Shown: positions 61,651 to 64,000 of the stretch, piece after piece
Position numbering within the stretch: the first letter of the stretch is position 1
Layout of the letters: every line of letters starts with the position of its first letter
Program-made: the position numbers and the translations under genes
NCBI GenBank assembly: GCA_964016885.1
Contig: OZ024740.1
Location: 49,228,001-49,292,000, forward strand
Direction: 5' to 3'
Source of the DNA: Eledone cirrhosa
Lineage: Eukaryota
DNA: 64,000 nt
The notes under the pieces: generated by a model
Told to the model about the DNA's origin: nothing
The model's database searches: none
The model's input: the letters and a program-made list of their open reading frames with translations, nothing else

Positions 61651-62369
61651 TGATACGAAGTATAAACAGAAACACGAAGAAACTTATACCGAAACATGTC
61701 AGATACTTTCTACAACTAAATTCTATTATCACACTTTTAGTGTGAACACTGTAACTGTAGGCTCAAAATGTTACGGTAAAGAATATCTTTGATACTTAAC
61801 ATATATATATATATCTAATAGGTAATATTGTATGGGAAAATCCCACAGCTTTGCACAAGACAGACAGGTTGAGTACATCTATGGAAGCATACAGCATTTA
61901 TTCCTGTTTAGCAGGGCAAATGTAAAAAAGACAATTTAGAGACGGTGGTTTTAGAATTGCGAAGAAAGTCTGGACTGATAAAGTATACATATGTCATCAA
62001 TTGTAGTTAAATACCATATAAGTTTCTGTTAAAACACAATTCCGTCCCCTATCAAATACGAGCATACTGTATTTAAATCATTGAAACTTCTCCAGTAATA
62101 CGCTCGAACAATAGAACATGTAAAGATAAATATAATTGTGTTGAGTGGAATTTATGTGAACAGATTGTTGACAGTATTTAATTAATATAAAACATTGGTA
62201 TTTCAAGATGGAAACAGGAATATTAAAGTGTGAATAATTCGGAAGATGACTGCATGATGAACTTGCAATAAAATATTGCTATTTTAAAACGGAAACTGGC
62301 ATACTGAAGAGTGAGAAATTTGGAAGACGATTTCATAATATTCCTGAAATGAAATAGCAAAAAACAAAG

Positions 62370-62457
62370 TCTCGCGAGACGGATTCGAACCATCGACCTA
62401 AGGATAACAGGTAAATACTACTACAGTCCTCCGCTCTACCAACTGAACTATCGCGAG
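62370..62457 (-). tRNA. trnY: tRNA-Tyr (GTA), intron-containing, probably functional
   Basis: CTCGCGA TA GTTC AGTTGGTA GAGC G GAGGA CT GTA G [tagtatttacctgtt] A TCCTT AGGTC GATGG TTCGAAT CCGTC TCGCGAG A, followed by a T6 terminator. All stems pair. Confidence 0.88.
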
Positions 62458-62951
62458 GTTCTCACTGTTTCCTAAAAATAATACAACACTATCTATGTCT
62501 TGTTTATCATCTCAACTGATCGTGTCAACATTTCAAAACACTCACCTTCTATGGTTTTGTCGTAAAACATGGTATTATCCCAAATGTTACGAATATTTTA
62601 AAGTATGACCCTAGCATTAGTTCAAATCTTATTTTCTCAATTATCACATTAAAGAAGTTGATTTAGTTTAGAAGAAATAAACATGTATAATTAAGTTTAG
62701 ACTGATACAGTGGTGTCATCAATTGTAGTTTAATACCATGAAAGTTTCTATTCTAAAAATATTTCCGTCCTCTATCAAATATGAACCTACTTTAAATCAT
62801 TTAAACATTGATATATTTCTCTGTACAGAAATGAAATATCTATTGATTTCATGTCTATGTGAGTCACTGTAAAGTATGTTGTTATTGAATCGGTGGCATA
62901 GTCATAAAAAAGACAGGCATTGCAGCTTTATTTTTGACTGCTTTCAGACAC

Positions 62952-63040
62952 CTCGCGATAGCTCAGTTGTTAGCGCGGAGGACTGTAGTAGCATTTATTC
63001 TGTTATCATTAGGTCGATGGTTCGAATCCGTCTCGCGAGA
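62952..63040 (+). tRNA. trnY: tRNA-Tyr (GTA), intron-containing, with D-loop, D-stem and anticodon-stem mismatches (possibly pseudogene)
   Basis: Same layout as 62370-62457, but GTTAG for GGTAG, GCGC for GAGC and TCATT for TCCTT. TTTTT follows. Confidence 0.72.
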
Positions 63041-63947
63041 CATTGTTTTTGTTAATTCATTTCAGGAAAATTATGAAAGCTTCAGTTTCCGTTTTAAAAT
63101 AGCAATATTTTATTGCAAAGAAATCATTCAGTCATCTTCCAAATTATTCACATTTTAGTATTCCAGTCTCCATTTTAAAATAGTAATATTTTATTGCGGG
63201 TCCATCATGCAGTCATCTTCCAAATTATAACTGTAATGTGACAGTGGCATATTTTGCTGAACTTATTACATCGAAACCACTTCAAACATTCAGATATCAT
63301 CTCTGAACGTATTTCTCAGTTCATTGTAGAAATCATTTGTCATGGTTCAGCTAATATTATATTGTACCTCCAAACTACACGATATGTTTGTCATTGGACA
63401 GAATATGATTATTGAATCATTAAATCAATCATTTGACGACGTTAAGAAAACATCGATATTGTAGCATTACTTGTGGAGTATAACCTTGATATAGTACATA
63501 ACTCATGTAAAAAGGTCGAACGCGAAGATCTTACAGATTTACATAACCTAAGAACACAATTGAGAGGTAGCGGTTCTGGACTTGTGTTAGTATCCTTTAT
63601 AACCTTCTTATAAGGTTTGCTATATGACTAAGTAAAAGGTTAGTTCATTGAGTTGGTCATAGTAATTATTTACTATATAAAGTAATTTACAGAATGAAGT
63701 GTATTCCTCAGTAAATGAAACTATCTAAAGAACAAATAGATTTACCAGGGGAAAAGGTATATGTGGAAATTAATGTAGTGGAGAATTTGTAAAGATAAAT
63801 ATGAGTTGGGTGGAATTTATGAGAGCAACATGTTGGACTTATTATTAAAGAGGTAATTATTTTAGAATGTTTCAATGACATATTGGAGTATGTGTAATTT
63901 GGAGGATGATTTTATGATTTACACCTGTGAATGACTAAAAAATGTAA

Positions 63948-64000
63948 TTCTCCTTAGAAGGAATTGAATCATCGACCTAAAGACCACATGGTAAACGTTT
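63948..64000 (-). pseudogene. tRNA-Tyr pseudogene 3' half at the window edge
   Basis: Minus strand tctttaggtcgatgattcaattccttctaaggaga, with a downstream flank like the other copies. Confidence 0.5.

Overview
AT-rich, microsatellite-rich eukaryotic DNA. It is most likely an octopod cephalopod, judged only from recognising the abundant tRNA-derived SINE (inference). No host protein-coding gene is supportable. The window has two parts. (1) About 1-41 kb is a mosaic of retroelements inserted in simple repeats: a 5'-truncated and inverted Naiad-type Penelope-like element (PLE), a near full-length but decayed Neptune-type PLE, an intact Tx1-like LINE plus a decayed relative (both starting in (TATC)n), and many short non-coding elements in (TA)n tracts, often as fold-back palindromes. 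By manual folding, at least 8 sequence-distinct type I hammerhead ribozyme families (about 17 whole copies) lie in these elements. They include a family with a rare U3-A8 core (UUGANAA) and a ~534-bp tandem retrozyme-like unit fused directly to the Neptune element. (2) About 41-64 kb holds a CR1-like LINE, a Chapaev3-type DNA transposon, a Helitron remnant, three CRE-like remnants, SINEs, and a decaying array of intron-containing tRNA-Tyr(GTA) genes and pseudogenes. All structures were folded by eye, and element boundaries are approximate to a few bases.
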